Source of the DNA: Candidatus Latescibacterota bacterium
Lineage (GTDB): Bacteria > Latescibacterota > UBA2968
DNA: 64,000 nt
Direction of reading: 5' to 3'
Assembly (NCBI GenBank): GCA_965208125.1
Contig: OZ242320.1
Coordinates: 3,488,001-3,552,000 of the forward strand
Below the pieces are notes generated by a model, which ran no database searches, had not been told where the DNA came from, and saw only the letters and a program-made list of their open reading frames with translations. The position numbers were made by a program, and so were the translations under genes. Positions 19,393 through 29,934 of the stretch are shown piece after piece. Position 1 is the first letter of the stretch. Each line of letters begins with the position of its first letter.

Positions 19393-20523
19393 TCAAACCT
19401 GGATCTGATCCAGCCAGCCTTCCAGGGTGTAGCTCGGATCGCCGATTTCCTCCGGGCGGAGGCACGATAGGTCGGTGCGGTGTATGGGCAGGATGCCGAG
19501 GTCGGGGAGGGTGGCGCCGCGCTGGTGAAGGTCGGTGCCGTAGAGTTTTTCCAGGACGATGCCGTTGGCGTCACACCAGTCGCCCGAGTTGAGGGGGGGC
19601 AGGCTCTCTTCTGGGTCGAAACCGGGGGCACCGAGGTGGCGGTGGATCCATTCCAGGGCGACGGTGTAGCCGAAGTAGGGGCGATGCCCTCCCTCCGGTT
19701 CGAACCAGCAAGCGATGTGGCCGTCTGGGAAATTCGGCGCTGCTCTGGCCACGGCGTTCCGGGTACCTTCCCACGCGGTGCCGTCTCCCTCTGTGTCGAT
19801 GATGACGTCGGCGTCGCCATTGAGGATGAGGACAGCGCAGTGAGGCGCCGCCAGGGAGAGAAATTCTGGCCAGGTACAGAGGGTGCGCAGGCGCTGATTT
19901 GGGACGCGGGTGCAGAACTTGCCTGTGACCGTCATGGTGTCACACAGCGCCCAACCGGAGACCAGGGCCAGCTTGAGGCGGGTGTCGAGGGCCAGCATCC
20001 AGGAGGCCTTGGCACCGCCGAGGGAGTTCCCCGCCACCCCGACGCGCTCCTGATCGATGTCGCTCCGGGTGAAGAGGAAATCGATGCCCCGCATCGTGTC
20101 GAAGACGAGCTTGCCCATGATGAGCCGGCCAGCCCCATCGGCGCAGGTGTGGACTTCTTCGGGGTCATGCGCCCGGGTACCCATGTCGCCGCAGATGTGA
20201 CGCTCTTCTTCTCCGACCGGGTCCAGAACCAGGCAGGCCAGTCCGAGTCTGGCGTAGAGCTGGGGGATGTAGGTGTACTGCCACTGGCTTTTGCTGCCGC
20301 CGTGGCCGCAGGTTATCACGATGGACGGCATGGGTGCAGTAGGGTGTGAGGGTCGATAGAGTACGGAGGGGACGCGGGAACCAGGTTCGCTCGTCCAGAT
20401 CCATTTTTCGACGATGATTCCATCCCGTTCGATCTGTCCGCGGGACTCCGGAGCCAGGTCGCAGCGGACCGTGGGGATGCCCAGGAGGTCGCGCAGGTCG
20501 CGGCGGAGGGATTCGGTTTGCAT
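19393..20523 (-). CDS. Alpha/beta hydrolase (acetylxylan esterase/dienelactone hydrolase-like)
   Basis: CGHGGSK, GNSLGG nucleophile elbow, LNGDAD, GGHRPY; start placed at ATG 20523 because the longer ORF runs into tmRNA. Confidence 0.8.
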   Translation of the reverse strand: MQTESLRRDLRDLLGIPTVRCDLAPESRGQIERDGIIVEKWIWTSEPGSRVPSVLYRPSHPTAPMPSIVITCGHGGSKSQWQYTYIPQLYARLGLACLVLDPVGEEERHICGDMGTRAHDPEEVHTCADGAGRLIMGKLVFDTMRGIDFLFTRSDIDQERVGVAGNSLGGAKASWMLALDTRLKLALVSGWALCDTMTVTGKFCTRVPNQRLRTLCTWPEFLSLAAPHCAVLILNGDADVIIDTEGDGTAWEGTRNAVARAAPNFPDGHIACWFEPEGGHRPYFGYTVALEWIHRHLGAPGFDPEESLPPLNSGDWCDANGIVLEKLYGTDLHQRGATLPDLGILPIHRTDLSCLRPEEIGDPSYTLEGWLDQIQV

Positions 20524-20610
20524 GGGAAAGCTCTTTAGCTGGACAGCGGGATGGTGGCGTGCCGTGAGACGGTGAAGGTCCGTCTTGTAGATCGGCTCGC
20601 CACAAAAGAA

Positions 20611-20995
20611 TGGTGGAGGCGGCGGGAATCGAACCCGCGTCCGAAAGCGGTTTGATAACGGCATCTACGTGTGTAGTCTATTCACTTAGAATCTCGCACC
20701 TTGCGCCCCAACAGACAGGGTCGCTGAGGTGCCAGCTCGATGGTTGGGGCTGTGGCCCACTCTCATCCGGAGGCCCTCGAGCGGAAACCCCCGCACCAGC
20801 CTGCTCTCGTCGGCGCTCTGCCCAGACCACGCAGGCAAGGTCTGAGAGAACGGACTGCGTAACGTTTAGTTAGGCAGCCATTGCGTACGTGTTATCGTCC
20901 GCAGTTGCGTTTTTTCCCAATTGTTTTACGAGGTGATTGGGTACCTCGACACGCAGCTATTATCTCTCCACCCCCGTCGAAGCCATGTCGCCCCC
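20611..20995 (-). ncRNA. ssrA: tmRNA; tag reading frame (A)ADDNTYAMAA* at 20902-20870
   Basis: 5' GGGGGCGACATGGCTTCGAC; 3' GGTTCGATTCCCGCCGCCTCCACCA; G3:U acceptor wobble; tag ending AA. Confidence 0.96.
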
Positions 20996-21007
20996 AGCAC
21001 GTTGAAA

Positions 21008-21036
21008 AATATATCTAAGTTAATCCTTCCAGTCAA
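21008..21036 (-). promoter_or_regulatory. Sigma70 promoter of ssrA
   Basis: TTGACT-17 nt-TATATT just upstream of the tmRNA 5' end. Confidence 0.7.
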
Positions 21037-21051
21037 GCGGTCAACTCCAGC

Positions 21052-21987
21052 CTAATTTTCTCTAAACCATTCAATTGTCTGTCGCAGTCCCTGATCTGGT
21101 GTCACTTTGGGTTCCCATCCAAGGAGTTTTTTCGCCAGGGTGATATCGGGTTGTCGCTTTTGAGGATCGTCGCCGATTTGCGCGTTGGGCATCAGAGCGA
21201 TTTCGCTTTTGCTCCCGGTTAGTTCAATAATCTTTTTTGCCAGATCTAATATTGAGGTCTCACTTGATGGATTGCCGATATTTACAGGTGCGTGATAATC
21301 TGTGTGCATCAACCGATAGATCCCCTCAATAAGGTCTGAAACATAACAAATACTGCGCGTTTGACTGCCGTCGCCATATACTTTTAATGGTTCACTTGCC
21401 AGTGCCCGATTGACAAAATTGGGAATGGCCCGTCCATCGTTTTTACGCATGCGGGGACCATAGGTATTAAATATTCGCACAATCCGCGTATCGACCCCGC
21501 TTTCGCGGTGATAGGCCATTGTCATGGCCTCGGCAAAGCGCTTGGCTTCGTCATAGACACCACGCACGCCCAGTGTATTGACATTGCCCAAATACGATTC
21601 TGGCTGTGGATGCACCAGTGGATCGCCGTAAATTTCGGATGTTGAGGCAAAAAAAAATTTCGCTTTTTTGGCTCGCGCTACACCGAGCGCGTTATGCGTA
21701 CCATGTGCGCCTACTTTCAGGATGCGAATGGGATAGCGCGAAAAATCATCGGGGCTGGCCGGGCTGGCAAAATGCAACACATAATCCAGAGGTCCTTTCA
21801 CATAGATGTATTGCGTCACATCGTGTTTGATAAATGTAAAACCATCTCGTCCAAACAGGTGTGCGATATTTTTTGTACGTCCAGTCAACAGGTTATCCAT
21901 GACAATTAGTTCGTGCCCTTCATCCAGCAAACGATCACACAAATGCGACCCCAAAAATCCCGCACCGCCTGTTAGTAATATACGCAT
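21052..21987 (-). CDS. UDP-glucuronate decarboxylase / NAD-dependent epimerase-dehydratase
   Basis: [41 protein letters not shown]. Confidence 0.9.
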   Translation of the reverse strand: MRILLTGGAGFLGSHLCDRLLDEGHELIVMDNLLTGRTKNIAHLFGRDGFTFIKHDVTQYIYVKGPLDYVLHFASPASPDDFSRYPIRILKVGAHGTHNALGVARAKKAKFFFASTSEIYGDPLVHPQPESYLGNVNTLGVRGVYDEAKRFAEAMTMAYHRESGVDTRIVRIFNTYGPRMRKNDGRAIPNFVNRALASEPLKVYGDGSQTRSICYVSDLIEGIYRLMHTDYHAPVNIGNPSSETSILDLAKKIIELTGSKSEIALMPNAQIGDDPQKRQPDITLAKKLLGWEPKVTPDQGLRQTIEWFREN

Positions 21988-21997
21988 ATAATCCCTG

Positions 21998-23344
21998 TTA
22001 CAGTTTAAAGACGTGATCTTTCTTTCCAGATACAGCCTGCGTGGCATTGCGTGTATCGACAATACAGCACGCGTGTTTTACAATCCATTCATAATCCCAA
22101 TCGCTGTGATGTGTCACAATTACCACACAATGGGCTTCAGTTAAATTTTTCTCGTTTAAAGTAACGCTCTTCATGTCCAAATTTTCTGTTTGCAAGTAAT
22201 CTATAAACGGATCACAATACGAGACCTTCGCCCCTTTCTCCTGAAGCATTTCCAGTATATCCAATGCTGGCGATTCTCGAATATCGCGGACATCGGGTTT
22301 GTATGTCACACCCAATATCAGGATGTTCGCGCCCTTCAAACACCGCTCGTATTCGTTGAGGGCGTCGGTGATTTTTTCGACCACATAACCAGGCATGCTG
22401 CGCGTCACTTCGCTGGCCAATTCGATAAAGCGCGCATTGTAATTCAAGGTCTTCAACTTCCAGGCCAGGAAGTGCGGATCAACCGGGATACAATGCCCAC
22501 CCAGCCCGGGACCGGGATAAAATGGCATAAATCCAAACGGCTTGGTCGCTGCGGCATCGATCACTTCCCAAACATCCACTCCCAGACGGTCACACATCAG
22601 TGCCACTTCGTTGACAAGGCCAATATTTACACTGCGAAATGTATTTTCCAGCAACTTGGTCATTTCAGCAGTCTGGGTCGATGAGACCGGCACGACTTCG
22701 CCGATCAATTGCCGATAAAAATGCGTGCCTATTTCTGTGCAAGACGGTGTAATACCACCCACGACTTTGGGCGTGTTGGTGATGGAATAAACCCTATTGC
22801 CCGGATCGATGCGCTCTGGAGAAAATACCAGAAAAAAATCGCGGCCAACCTTTAAGCCACTTTTTTCGAGCAGTGGCAATACCAGTTCCTGAGTCGTACC
22901 TGGATACGTGGTGCTTTCCAGAATTACCAGTTGTCCACAGCGCAGTCGGTCTTTGATTGCACCACACGCTTGTAAAATAAATGAGACATCTGGATCGCGT
23001 GTTTTATTTAAGGGTGTGGGTACGCATACCACGACCACATCGGCCTCATTGAGCACATCGCATTCTCGTGTTGCTGTCAATTTGCCCACAGCTTTGAGAC
23101 CCGCTACTTCAAATTCCGATACACCCTGCACATCGGACTTTCCCGATTCCACCAGATCTACTTTGCGCGCCGATGTATCGATTCCAGTGACGGAAAATCC
23201 CACTTTACCCAATTCCACGGATAGGGTCAATCCCACATACCCCAATCCCATCACGGCTATCCGCGCTTCGTGCGATGCGATCTTCTCCTCCAGCGTCTGC
23301 CTGGGGTTGGAGATTTCCCGAGATACTCTTTCTGTTATAGCCAT
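21998..23344 (-). CDS. UDP-N-acetyl-hexosamine 6-dehydrogenase (WbpA/WecC family)
   Basis: [44 protein letters not shown]. Confidence 0.92.
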   Translation of the reverse strand: MAITERVSREISNPRQTLEEKIASHEARIAVMGLGYVGLTLSVELGKVGFSVTGIDTSARKVDLVESGKSDVQGVSEFEVAGLKAVGKLTATRECDVLNEADVVVVCVPTPLNKTRDPDVSFILQACGAIKDRLRCGQLVILESTTYPGTTQELVLPLLEKSGLKVGRDFFLVFSPERIDPGNRVYSITNTPKVVGGITPSCTEIGTHFYRQLIGEVVPVSSTQTAEMTKLLENTFRSVNIGLVNEVALMCDRLGVDVWEVIDAAATKPFGFMPFYPGPGLGGHCIPVDPHFLAWKLKTLNYNARFIELASEVTRSMPGYVVEKITDALNEYERCLKGANILILGVTYKPDVRDIRESPALDILEMLQEKGAKVSYCDPFIDYLQTENLDMKSVTLNEKNLTEAHCVVIVTHHSDWDYEWIVKHACCIVDTRNATQAVSGKKDHVFKL

Positions 23345-24267
23345 TATGTTATCCGCTCTGGTCCGATCATTTGAATCAATACGGCCTTTTGAACGTGCAT
23401 GCGATTCTCTGCTTGATCCACAGCAATGCATCGCTCGCTTGCCATGACTTCATCTGTTACTTCATATCCCTTATGTGCAGGCAAGCAGTGCATCACATAA
23501 GCGTCGGTCTTTTTGAGCAAATCGCCGTTGATCTGATATGGCATGAATACTTTAGTGCGTCGCTTTTTTTCTTCTGCAAATTCTGGATTGTTAAAAAATT
23601 CCATATCAATCCACGTATCGGTATAAAGAAAATCTGCATCGGCAACAGCAGCTTCCAGGTCCAGTGTTTCTTCAAATAACCCGGTTGCACGCGCTGCTTT
23701 GACCAGTTCGGGATCTGCCGATGGCTTGTTGATCTCTGGCGTCACAGCCGTTATGCGCACGCCGGCTTTTGTACACGCTGTCACCAGCGAATTGCACACA
23801 TTATTCCAGATGCCCACATAAACCACATGCGTTCCCTTTAACTTGCCTCGCACTTCCAGGATCGATAGCAGATCGCCCAGAGCCTGACAGGGATGATAGC
23901 GGTCACAACATCCGTTGATTACAGGGACTTCGGAGCCGAGAGTCAGCCGCAATAAATCCTCGTGTTTGAGCATGCGCGCCATAATCACATCTGCATATCG
24001 CGATAGGACTTGTGCTTCATCGCGTACATCTGCCAATCCAAAATTGGTGGTCATCCAGTCCAAAAATACGGCCTGCCCTCCCAATTGATGCATGCCTACT
24101 TCAAAAGCTACGCGGGTGCGCGTTGATGTTTTCTGAAATAACATCGCCAAAGTTTGTCCCTTTAGCAGACCTTCATAGCGCTCGGGATTCTTTTTGATCA
24201 CCAGACCCATTTCTACCGCACGCAAAATATCATCTGGCGACCACGTCTTCAGTGTCAAAAGATCCAT
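23344..24267 (-). CDS. argF: Ornithine carbamoyltransferase family protein
   Basis: STRTR, HPCQ, HCLP; the usual DxxxSMG reads DTWIDME. Confidence 0.8.
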   Translation of the reverse strand: MDLLTLKTWSPDDILRAVEMGLVIKKNPERYEGLLKGQTLAMLFQKTSTRTRVAFEVGMHQLGGQAVFLDWMTTNFGLADVRDEAQVLSRYADVIMARMLKHEDLLRLTLGSEVPVINGCCDRYHPCQALGDLLSILEVRGKLKGTHVVYVGIWNNVCNSLVTACTKAGVRITAVTPEINKPSADPELVKAARATGLFEETLDLEAAVADADFLYTDTWIDMEFFNNPEFAEEKKRRTKVFMPYQINGDLLKKTDAYVMHCLPAHKGYEVTDEVMASERCIAVDQAENRMHVQKAVLIQMIGPERIT

Positions 24268-24356
24268 ATCTATTTCCTTTCTGTTGAACCGCTACTACAG
24301 CCTGCCCCTGCTGGAATCGTGCAGGGGGTTGCCAGGCCTGGGGGAGTTTCACCGAT

Positions 24357-25322
24357 TCACAATTGTTCGCGCACAAGGGATAGCAAACGCGCTTGCACTT
24401 GACTGACAGAGCCTTTAATCTCGCACCCCGATGCTCGGATATGACCGCCACCATCAAATTGACGGGCAATGCGATTGACATCCACTTTTCCCCGCGACCG
24501 TAAACTCACGCGCTGTTGTCCCGGCTCTTGTTCTTTAAAAAATAGTGCGACTTCAACTCCATCAATCGACATCGCGTGATCGACCACGCCATCCAGATCG
24601 CCATTCATCGCATGGGTTTTGTGATCGACGTACAATATGCTGATCTGTCCATTTTCGTGTAGTGTTAGATTCGACAGCGCGAATCCCAGGGTTTTCACCG
24701 TTTGGTACGTTTGATGTGAAAACATGTTCTCCGCAATCTGCTGAGGGTCAGCGCCGTGTGTAACGAGTTCTGCAGCAGCGCAGAGTGCGCGTTCTGGATG
24801 CGAATGTTTAAATAGCTTTGTGTCAAAAACAATTCCGGCATATAAACACGTCGCTATCTCGGGTGTAAATCCCAAATTACTACGACGAGCATACCGGTTT
24901 ATGAGCAAATAGATCAATTCACTGGCAGAACTGGCATCTGGATCAATCACCCGTACATCGCTCTCTTCATCTGCATCCACATGGTGATCGATAACCAGCG
25001 TTTTTGTCGCAGGCCCAATCAGACCCGCGACATCGCCAATGCGTTTTTTCGATGTCGTCGTATCTACCACCACGAGGCGCGGCACGGGGGCTACCAGTCC
25101 AGAGTTATACACCGATTCTATGCGATCATAACCCGGCAAAAACCGATATTTGCGATCTGGTATCTCGTCCGCCACCACAATGCGGTGCTTTTGGTCCTGC
25201 CTCGTCAACCAATGGCTCAATCCCAACAGTGCACCGAAGCCATCGCCATCGGCATTCACATGCGTTGTTAGCACGAGTTCATCGCCTGCCAACAAAAAAT
25301 TTAGAGCCCCTTGAAAGTCCAT
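24357..25322 (-). CDS. nrnA: DHH/DHHA1 phosphoesterase (NrnA-like)
   Basis: HVNADGD, IDHH, SLRS, GGGHIRASG. Confidence 0.85.
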   Translation of the reverse strand: MDFQGALNFLLAGDELVLTTHVNADGDGFGALLGLSHWLTRQDQKHRIVVADEIPDRKYRFLPGYDRIESVYNSGLVAPVPRLVVVDTTTSKKRIGDVAGLIGPATKTLVIDHHVDADEESDVRVIDPDASSASELIYLLINRYARRSNLGFTPEIATCLYAGIVFDTKLFKHSHPERALCAAAELVTHGADPQQIAENMFSHQTYQTVKTLGFALSNLTLHENGQISILYVDHKTHAMNGDLDGVVDHAMSIDGVEVALFFKEQEPGQQRVSLRSRGKVDVNRIARQFDGGGHIRASGCEIKGSVSQVQARLLSLVREQL

Positions 25323-25367
25323 TGTTATATCCAAATGTACATATCAATGCAAGAGTATAGCTATTCG

Positions 25368-25958
25368 TCAAGGTTTTAAAATTTGCTCGTGCTGGCGTTT
25401 GCGTTGCCACAAAATTTGCTGTCGCTGCTTCTGCGAGTTGAGTATGTTAAAAAGAATATTCACCCGTTTGCGCGCCGCCTGCAATGCTTGAACATCCCGC
25501 TGGTCCTGATCTTTTATCCGGGAAAAATACAGCATGCGTTGGGCCGCATCTCGTAGCGACTTCGCCGAAAACAACACGGATAGTATTCCCTGTCGCCCTA
25601 TTTTGTATATTTCGCGCGCACGTTGCGCTATATTCTGCTCGCGATTTTTAAGTTGTGATTCAGCCAGTCGAAGCTGTTGCTCAGTACGGTTGATTTCATC
25701 ATTCAGACTATTGATTTCTTCAGCTAGATTCAAAGATGTGTCCCGCGCCTTCTCACCCTCGCTTTCAGGTTGATTCTGTACCGATGCTTCAGATGAGGAC
25801 TGGGAGTTTAAGTCCCGCGCTTTTAAGCTGTCCATCGCCGCTTGTTCGGCTTTGAGACGCGCTTCCAGCGCTGTTATAGTCTGCGCGCTTCCATTGGGAG
25901 ATAATGCGAGTAGAAAAGTTATTATACACAATATATATTTTTGCACGCCATACCTCAA
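25368..25958 (-). CDS. Exported coiled-coil protein, EnvC/PcsB N-terminal-like, without an M23 domain
   Basis: Signal peptide, heptad repeats, YKIGRQGILSVLFSAKSLRDAAQRMLY motif; directly downstream of ftsX. Confidence 0.7.
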   Translation of the reverse strand: MRYGVQKYILCIITFLLALSPNGSAQTITALEARLKAEQAAMDSLKARDLNSQSSSEASVQNQPESEGEKARDTSLNLAEEINSLNDEINRTEQQLRLAESQLKNREQNIAQRAREIYKIGRQGILSVLFSAKSLRDAAQRMLYFSRIKDQDQRDVQALQAARKRVNILFNILNSQKQRQQILWQRKRQHEQILKP

Positions 25959-25973
25959 TGGACAGGCACTGCC

Positions 25974-26831
25974 CTACGCGATTTCTCTCAACACTCGATT
26001 CAGCGATGACCAACTGCCTATCGCGCCCAGCACGGTGCCCAATACTACCAGACAGAATGACAGTTCAATCGTTGGTGTGACTGTCAAATCCGGTACTCGA
26101 ACAGCCCACCACGGTGATATATAAGCCAACATCAGGGGGGCTAAAAATCCACCGATAAAGCCCAATAGTGCTCCCCCAGCCCCAAAGATCATCCACACAG
26201 TCGTATTTGTTGCGCCGACCAACCGCATAATCTCAAGAGTATCGCGCTGCGCCAGCACCATCAACTTGGTCGTATGGCTCACTGCAAATGCACACGCAAA
26301 ACACAACATACACCCAAACGCGAGTCCAATTCCGGTGGTTACTTGAATAAAATGCTCCAAAGAATCCGCCCATACTTCACCCACATTTACACCTTCGACA
26401 GCACTATGATTGGTTACAGATCTTGCAACAGCCCGAGCGCGGCGCGGCATATTCTCACCGGGAGAAATGCGTACTCTAAGTGAAGCGGGCAATGGATTGC
26501 TCGAAAGCGCATCGACCGTACCCAGACCAAATAGTGACCGAAATTCTCTGGCAGCTGCTTCCTGATCCATATACACAATCCCGCCTACCTCGGGTCTCGC
26601 TTCTAACGTGCGCCGCAATGAGAATACGCGTTGAGGTGAAACACCATCTTTCAGGTAAATGTCTATCTCCACCCGCGCGCGCAATCGGTTAGCCAGCGCG
26701 TTCCCACTCTCGATCGCTTGCCAAAAGAATCCCAGTACCAGCAGCGATGCACCAATGGTCGCCACTGAAATCACACCTGCGATTCCCGTGCGCCTGATCC
26801 CTTGCAATGCCTCGCGCAATATTAGATTCAT
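25974..26831 (-). CDS. ftsX: Cell-division permease FtsX
   Basis: REALQGIRR, EIDIYL, NPLPAS, IMRLVGAT; follows ftsE. Confidence 0.85.
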   Translation of the reverse strand: MNLILREALQGIRRTGIAGVISVATIGASLLVLGFFWQAIESGNALANRLRARVEIDIYLKDGVSPQRVFSLRRTLEARPEVGGIVYMDQEAAAREFRSLFGLGTVDALSSNPLPASLRVRISPGENMPRRARAVARSVTNHSAVEGVNVGEVWADSLEHFIQVTTGIGLAFGCMLCFACAFAVSHTTKLMVLAQRDTLEIMRLVGATNTTVWMIFGAGGALLGFIGGFLAPLMLAYISPWWAVRVPDLTVTPTIELSFCLVVLGTVLGAIGSWSSLNRVLREIA

Positions 26832-26848
26832 TCCACTTTTCCATTTGC

Positions 26849-27514
26849 TCAATTTGTAATCTGTTCAATGGCCTCATTTTCCAACTGCAATATTCGCCCC
26901 GAATATCGGTCCTCCAGCGCTGCATCATGTGTCGCTATGATCACAGCTATTCCGCGCACATTGATTTTTTGAAAAATAGCCATCACCTGCTCTGTTGCTT
27001 CGGAATCCAAATTGGCAGTTGGTTCATCTGTCACCAAGACAATGGGATCATTCACCAGTGCCCGCGCTATTGCTACTCGCAGCCGTTCATAAGCCGACAA
27101 CTCATCTGGATACGCATGGCGTTTATGCAACAAATCTACATCCGATAATATCGCCTGTGTTTTGCGCTTGATCCGACGCCGCGAAACGCCTGTTACTTCA
27201 AGCGCGAAGGCCACATTTTCATATACTGTGCGATGGTGCAATAGTTTGAAGTCTTGAAATACTACGCCCACTTGCCGTCGCAATCGCGGGATATCCGTTT
27301 TTCGCATTTGCCGCGAGTCGTATTCTCCCACAGATACCACACCCGAACTGGGTAATTCCTCAAATATAATCAGTTCGAATAGCGCGCGTTTTTCCGCCTC
27401 TGTGTGTCCGATCAGATAGACGAATTCGCCCTGATTGATCTCTGTGTTGGCATCGATCAATATCGGTTGGCCCCGTTGCTCGACACACGCGTTTTGTAAT
27501 TTAATTACTGGCAT
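26849..27514 (-). CDS. ftsE: FtsE-like ABC subunit with degenerate Walker A and signature motifs
   Basis: IPRLRRQVGVVFQDFKLL, TVYENVAFAL, DEPTANLD, ATHD; Walker A reads GHTEAEKR. Confidence 0.82.
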   Translation of the reverse strand: MPVIKLQNACVEQRGQPILIDANTEINQGEFVYLIGHTEAEKRALFELIIFEELPSSGVVSVGEYDSRQMRKTDIPRLRRQVGVVFQDFKLLHHRTVYENVAFALEVTGVSRRRIKRKTQAILSDVDLLHKRHAYPDELSAYERLRVAIARALVNDPIVLVTDEPTANLDSEATEQVMAIFQKINVRGIAVIIATHDAALEDRYSGRILQLENEAIEQITN

Positions 27515-27546
27515 AATGTACAACTGCATCAGCAGTTCCAATTAAA

Positions 27547-28296
27547 CTATTTTTTGAGAACAAAATGCACCCGGTCCGAATGTTCCGTCGGCGGTGCATA
27601 TCCAAATCCACCATAAGCCCCCACCATTTCAAAAGGCGATTTATCTAAAATTTCTACAATCGTCTCCAAAGAATAAATACGCTGTTGGTGTACTTCTTTG
27701 ACCACTTCATTCGTGTCTTCAAAGTGAATATCAAATTTGTTGTATTGCACACCCTTCTCGTAATAGCTGTGCCGCCGATATGAAAATCCGTCTCCCGAAT
27801 CTTCTGACTCCATATTGCAGAAGTATTGCCTCGAATTGCTCTCTGTACAGATATCGACCACAAAAACCCCGTTGGGATTTACAATGCGATGCACTTCTTC
27901 CAGAGCAAGCGCAATCATTTCAGGTGACATCAAATAGTTGATGCTATCGTACAAGCACAATACCGCATCACACGGGGGCAAATCGTCCAAATCGAGCAAA
28001 TTGCGATGGTAAAATGGAATGGCATAGCGCAACTTACGCGTTTTATTTTTAGCCACATCCAGCATTTCCCGGCAACCATCCGCACCCATTACATCAAACT
28101 TCTGACGGTATAGCTCAATTGCCAGACTGCCCGTGCCGCAGGCCAGGTCCAATATGCGGTTGGGTTTCACTTTGTGTCGTGCGAGCAGTGACGACACATA
28201 ATGCGCCCAATGCACGTAATCCACATGTCGCATTACATAATCGTAAATGGTCGCTAAGCGGCTATACGGGGTTGCCTCAGTTTTGAAGTTTTGCAT
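27547..28296 (-). CDS. Class I SAM-dependent methyltransferase
   Basis: ILDLACGTG, CLYDSINYL, SDRVHFV C-terminus. Confidence 0.9.
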   Translation of the reverse strand: MQNFKTEATPYSRLATIYDYVMRHVDYVHWAHYVSSLLARHKVKPNRILDLACGTGSLAIELYRQKFDVMGADGCREMLDVAKNKTRKLRYAIPFYHRNLLDLDDLPPCDAVLCLYDSINYLMSPEMIALALEEVHRIVNPNGVFVVDICTESNSRQYFCNMESEDSGDGFSYRRHSYYEKGVQYNKFDIHFEDTNEVVKEVHQQRIYSLETIVEILDKSPFEMVGAYGGFGYAPPTEHSDRVHFVLKK

Positions 28297-28366
28297 AAAA
28301 TGAAAAACGGCCAGCCCGTGCCGGCCTTTGCCTTTCTACTTTTTTTCGTTCTGACGGGGTCGCGTT

Positions 28367-28639
28367 TTAAAAAAACTCTGGTGCCCGTGCCTCATCCCGA
28401 ATAACGCGATAATATTCAGGTGCTCGCTTCCGCGATACATTGCCCCGTGGAATCGCCAATACCTCAAATTCCAACAGACGGTCGGAAAACGCAATGCTCA
28501 CCCTTTGCCCTGCGCGTAAGACGCGACTCGCTTTGGCCTCTTGCCCATCTACTGCTACAATCCCATTATCACACGCTCGTTTGGCCTCTGATCGACGCCG
28601 CACCAGACAACACGTATTTAGATAGATATCTAATCTCAT
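28367..28639 (-). CDS. S4-domain RNA-binding protein (RqcP/YabO/Hsp15-like)
   Basis: MRLDIYL...RRSEAKRACDNG...AKAS; located near mfd. Confidence 0.88.
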   Translation of the reverse strand: MRLDIYLNTCCLVRRRSEAKRACDNGIVAVDGQEAKASRVLRAGQRVSIAFSDRLLEFEVLAIPRGNVSRKRAPEYYRVIRDEARAPEFF

Positions 28640-28645
28640 ACTTTC

Positions 28646-29890
28646 CTATTCCAACCGCACATCCACATATAATTTCGCCCGCGTTTCTGCCAGTTTCTCG
28701 CGGAATAATTCCTGCAAGCGTTCCTGTCCTGCAAATTTCTCTAATGTTGCGGCATCGTCATTGAAGCGGAATATATTCCAACCGCCTTCCATTTTTACGG
28801 GCAAACTCACATCACCCGGCTTGAGTGTACGCACCACATCTGCAATTTCGGGGGGAAGATTTTCCCTGGTAAGGTCGTCCCTCCAAAATCCGCCGCGCGA
28901 TGCTGTTTCTTCAAAGTCGGAATGCTCGCGCGCAAGTTCGGCAAAATCAGCCCCATCTTTAATCTGTTGATACAACGCCATTGCCTTTTGTTGACCGGCT
29001 TTTTCGTCTTTTTGCAACAAAAACAAAATGTGACGCGCCCGCACCTGATCGCCTGAGGTTTCCTCTACGCGAATAATGTGAAAGCCAAACTGCGATTGTA
29101 CGAGGTCACTAACCTCGCCGGCTTTGAGACTAAAGGCAACGTCTTCAAATGCAGGTACCATGGTGCCGCGCCCAAAAAAGCCCAGATCCCCACCTTGAGA
29201 CGCGCTGCCAGGGTCTTGTGAGTATTCTTTTGCCAGCGCTGCAAAATCTTCACCTGCCCGAATGCGTTCTAAAACCGCTTCTGCCTGGGGGCGAATTTTG
29301 TCCTGCTGTTCTGTCGATGCAGCAGGTTCAATAAAAATATGACTCAATGACACGCTACCCGACTCACCACGGCGGTATTTTTCTTCAAATTCCTTTATAT
29401 CCCGGGGCGACACTTTAACCTGCTGCGACAGCAGTCCATACATACTCTCTTCCAAATACTGATTGCGAAAGTGCTCTCTGTACTGGTCTCGCATCTGTCG
29501 CTCGGTCAATCCCTCCTTTTTTAGCTCTTCAGCAAATGCCTCTGCGCCAAATTGTTCCTTAATGTAGCGAATCTGTGCGCGCACCATTTCTTCCACGCGC
29601 TCGTCATCTGCCTCAATGCTATCTTCTCGCGCCCTGACCAGTAATAAGTTGCGCTGAATTTCATTTTCCAGAACTTTATTAAACATATTCTCAAGCTCTG
29701 CCTGCGGCACGGTGCGCACATCAATTCTTCGACCGATCAATTCCATCCGCAGCTTGTTCTCCACATCAGATCGCAACACAATTTTGTCATCTACTACCGC
29801 TATAATTTTATCCAATAAGATAGGCTCTGCACGCGCTGTACCCGCGAGCAGGAATAACCCAATTAGCAAGTTGATAAATAGCGTTTTCAT
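28646..29890 (-). CDS. surA: SurA-like parvulin peptidyl-prolyl isomerase
   Basis: DKIIAVV N-domain; two parvulin domains ([30 protein letters not shown]). Confidence 0.82.
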   Translation of the reverse strand: MKTLFINLLIGLFLLAGTARAEPILLDKIIAVVDDKIVLRSDVENKLRMELIGRRIDVRTVPQAELENMFNKVLENEIQRNLLLVRAREDSIEADDERVEEMVRAQIRYIKEQFGAEAFAEELKKEGLTERQMRDQYREHFRNQYLEESMYGLLSQQVKVSPRDIKEFEEKYRRGESGSVSLSHIFIEPAASTEQQDKIRPQAEAVLERIRAGEDFAALAKEYSQDPGSASQGGDLGFFGRGTMVPAFEDVAFSLKAGEVSDLVQSQFGFHIIRVEETSGDQVRARHILFLLQKDEKAGQQKAMALYQQIKDGADFAELAREHSDFEETASRGGFWRDDLTRENLPPEIADVVRTLKPGDVSLPVKMEGGWNIFRFNDDAATLEKFAGQERLQELFREKLAETRAKLYVDVRLE

Positions 29891-29934
29891 GTCGATAAAT
29901 TCCTTGTATTAGTAATCAGTAGCCCGTCCAATCC

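Noticed and set aside
19480-20349. 289-aa plus-strand ORF (also 19104-19820 on minus)
   Set aside because: Shadow frames of a GC-rich gene with no recognisable motifs
20524-20664. 47-aa N-terminal extension of the esterase ORF in the track
   Set aside because: It overlaps the tmRNA 3' end; ATG 20523 is the plausible start
25323-25370. Read-through or frameshift restoring an M23 domain to the EnvC-like gene
   Set aside because: Another in-frame stop follows within 8 codons and nrnA begins about 45 bp later
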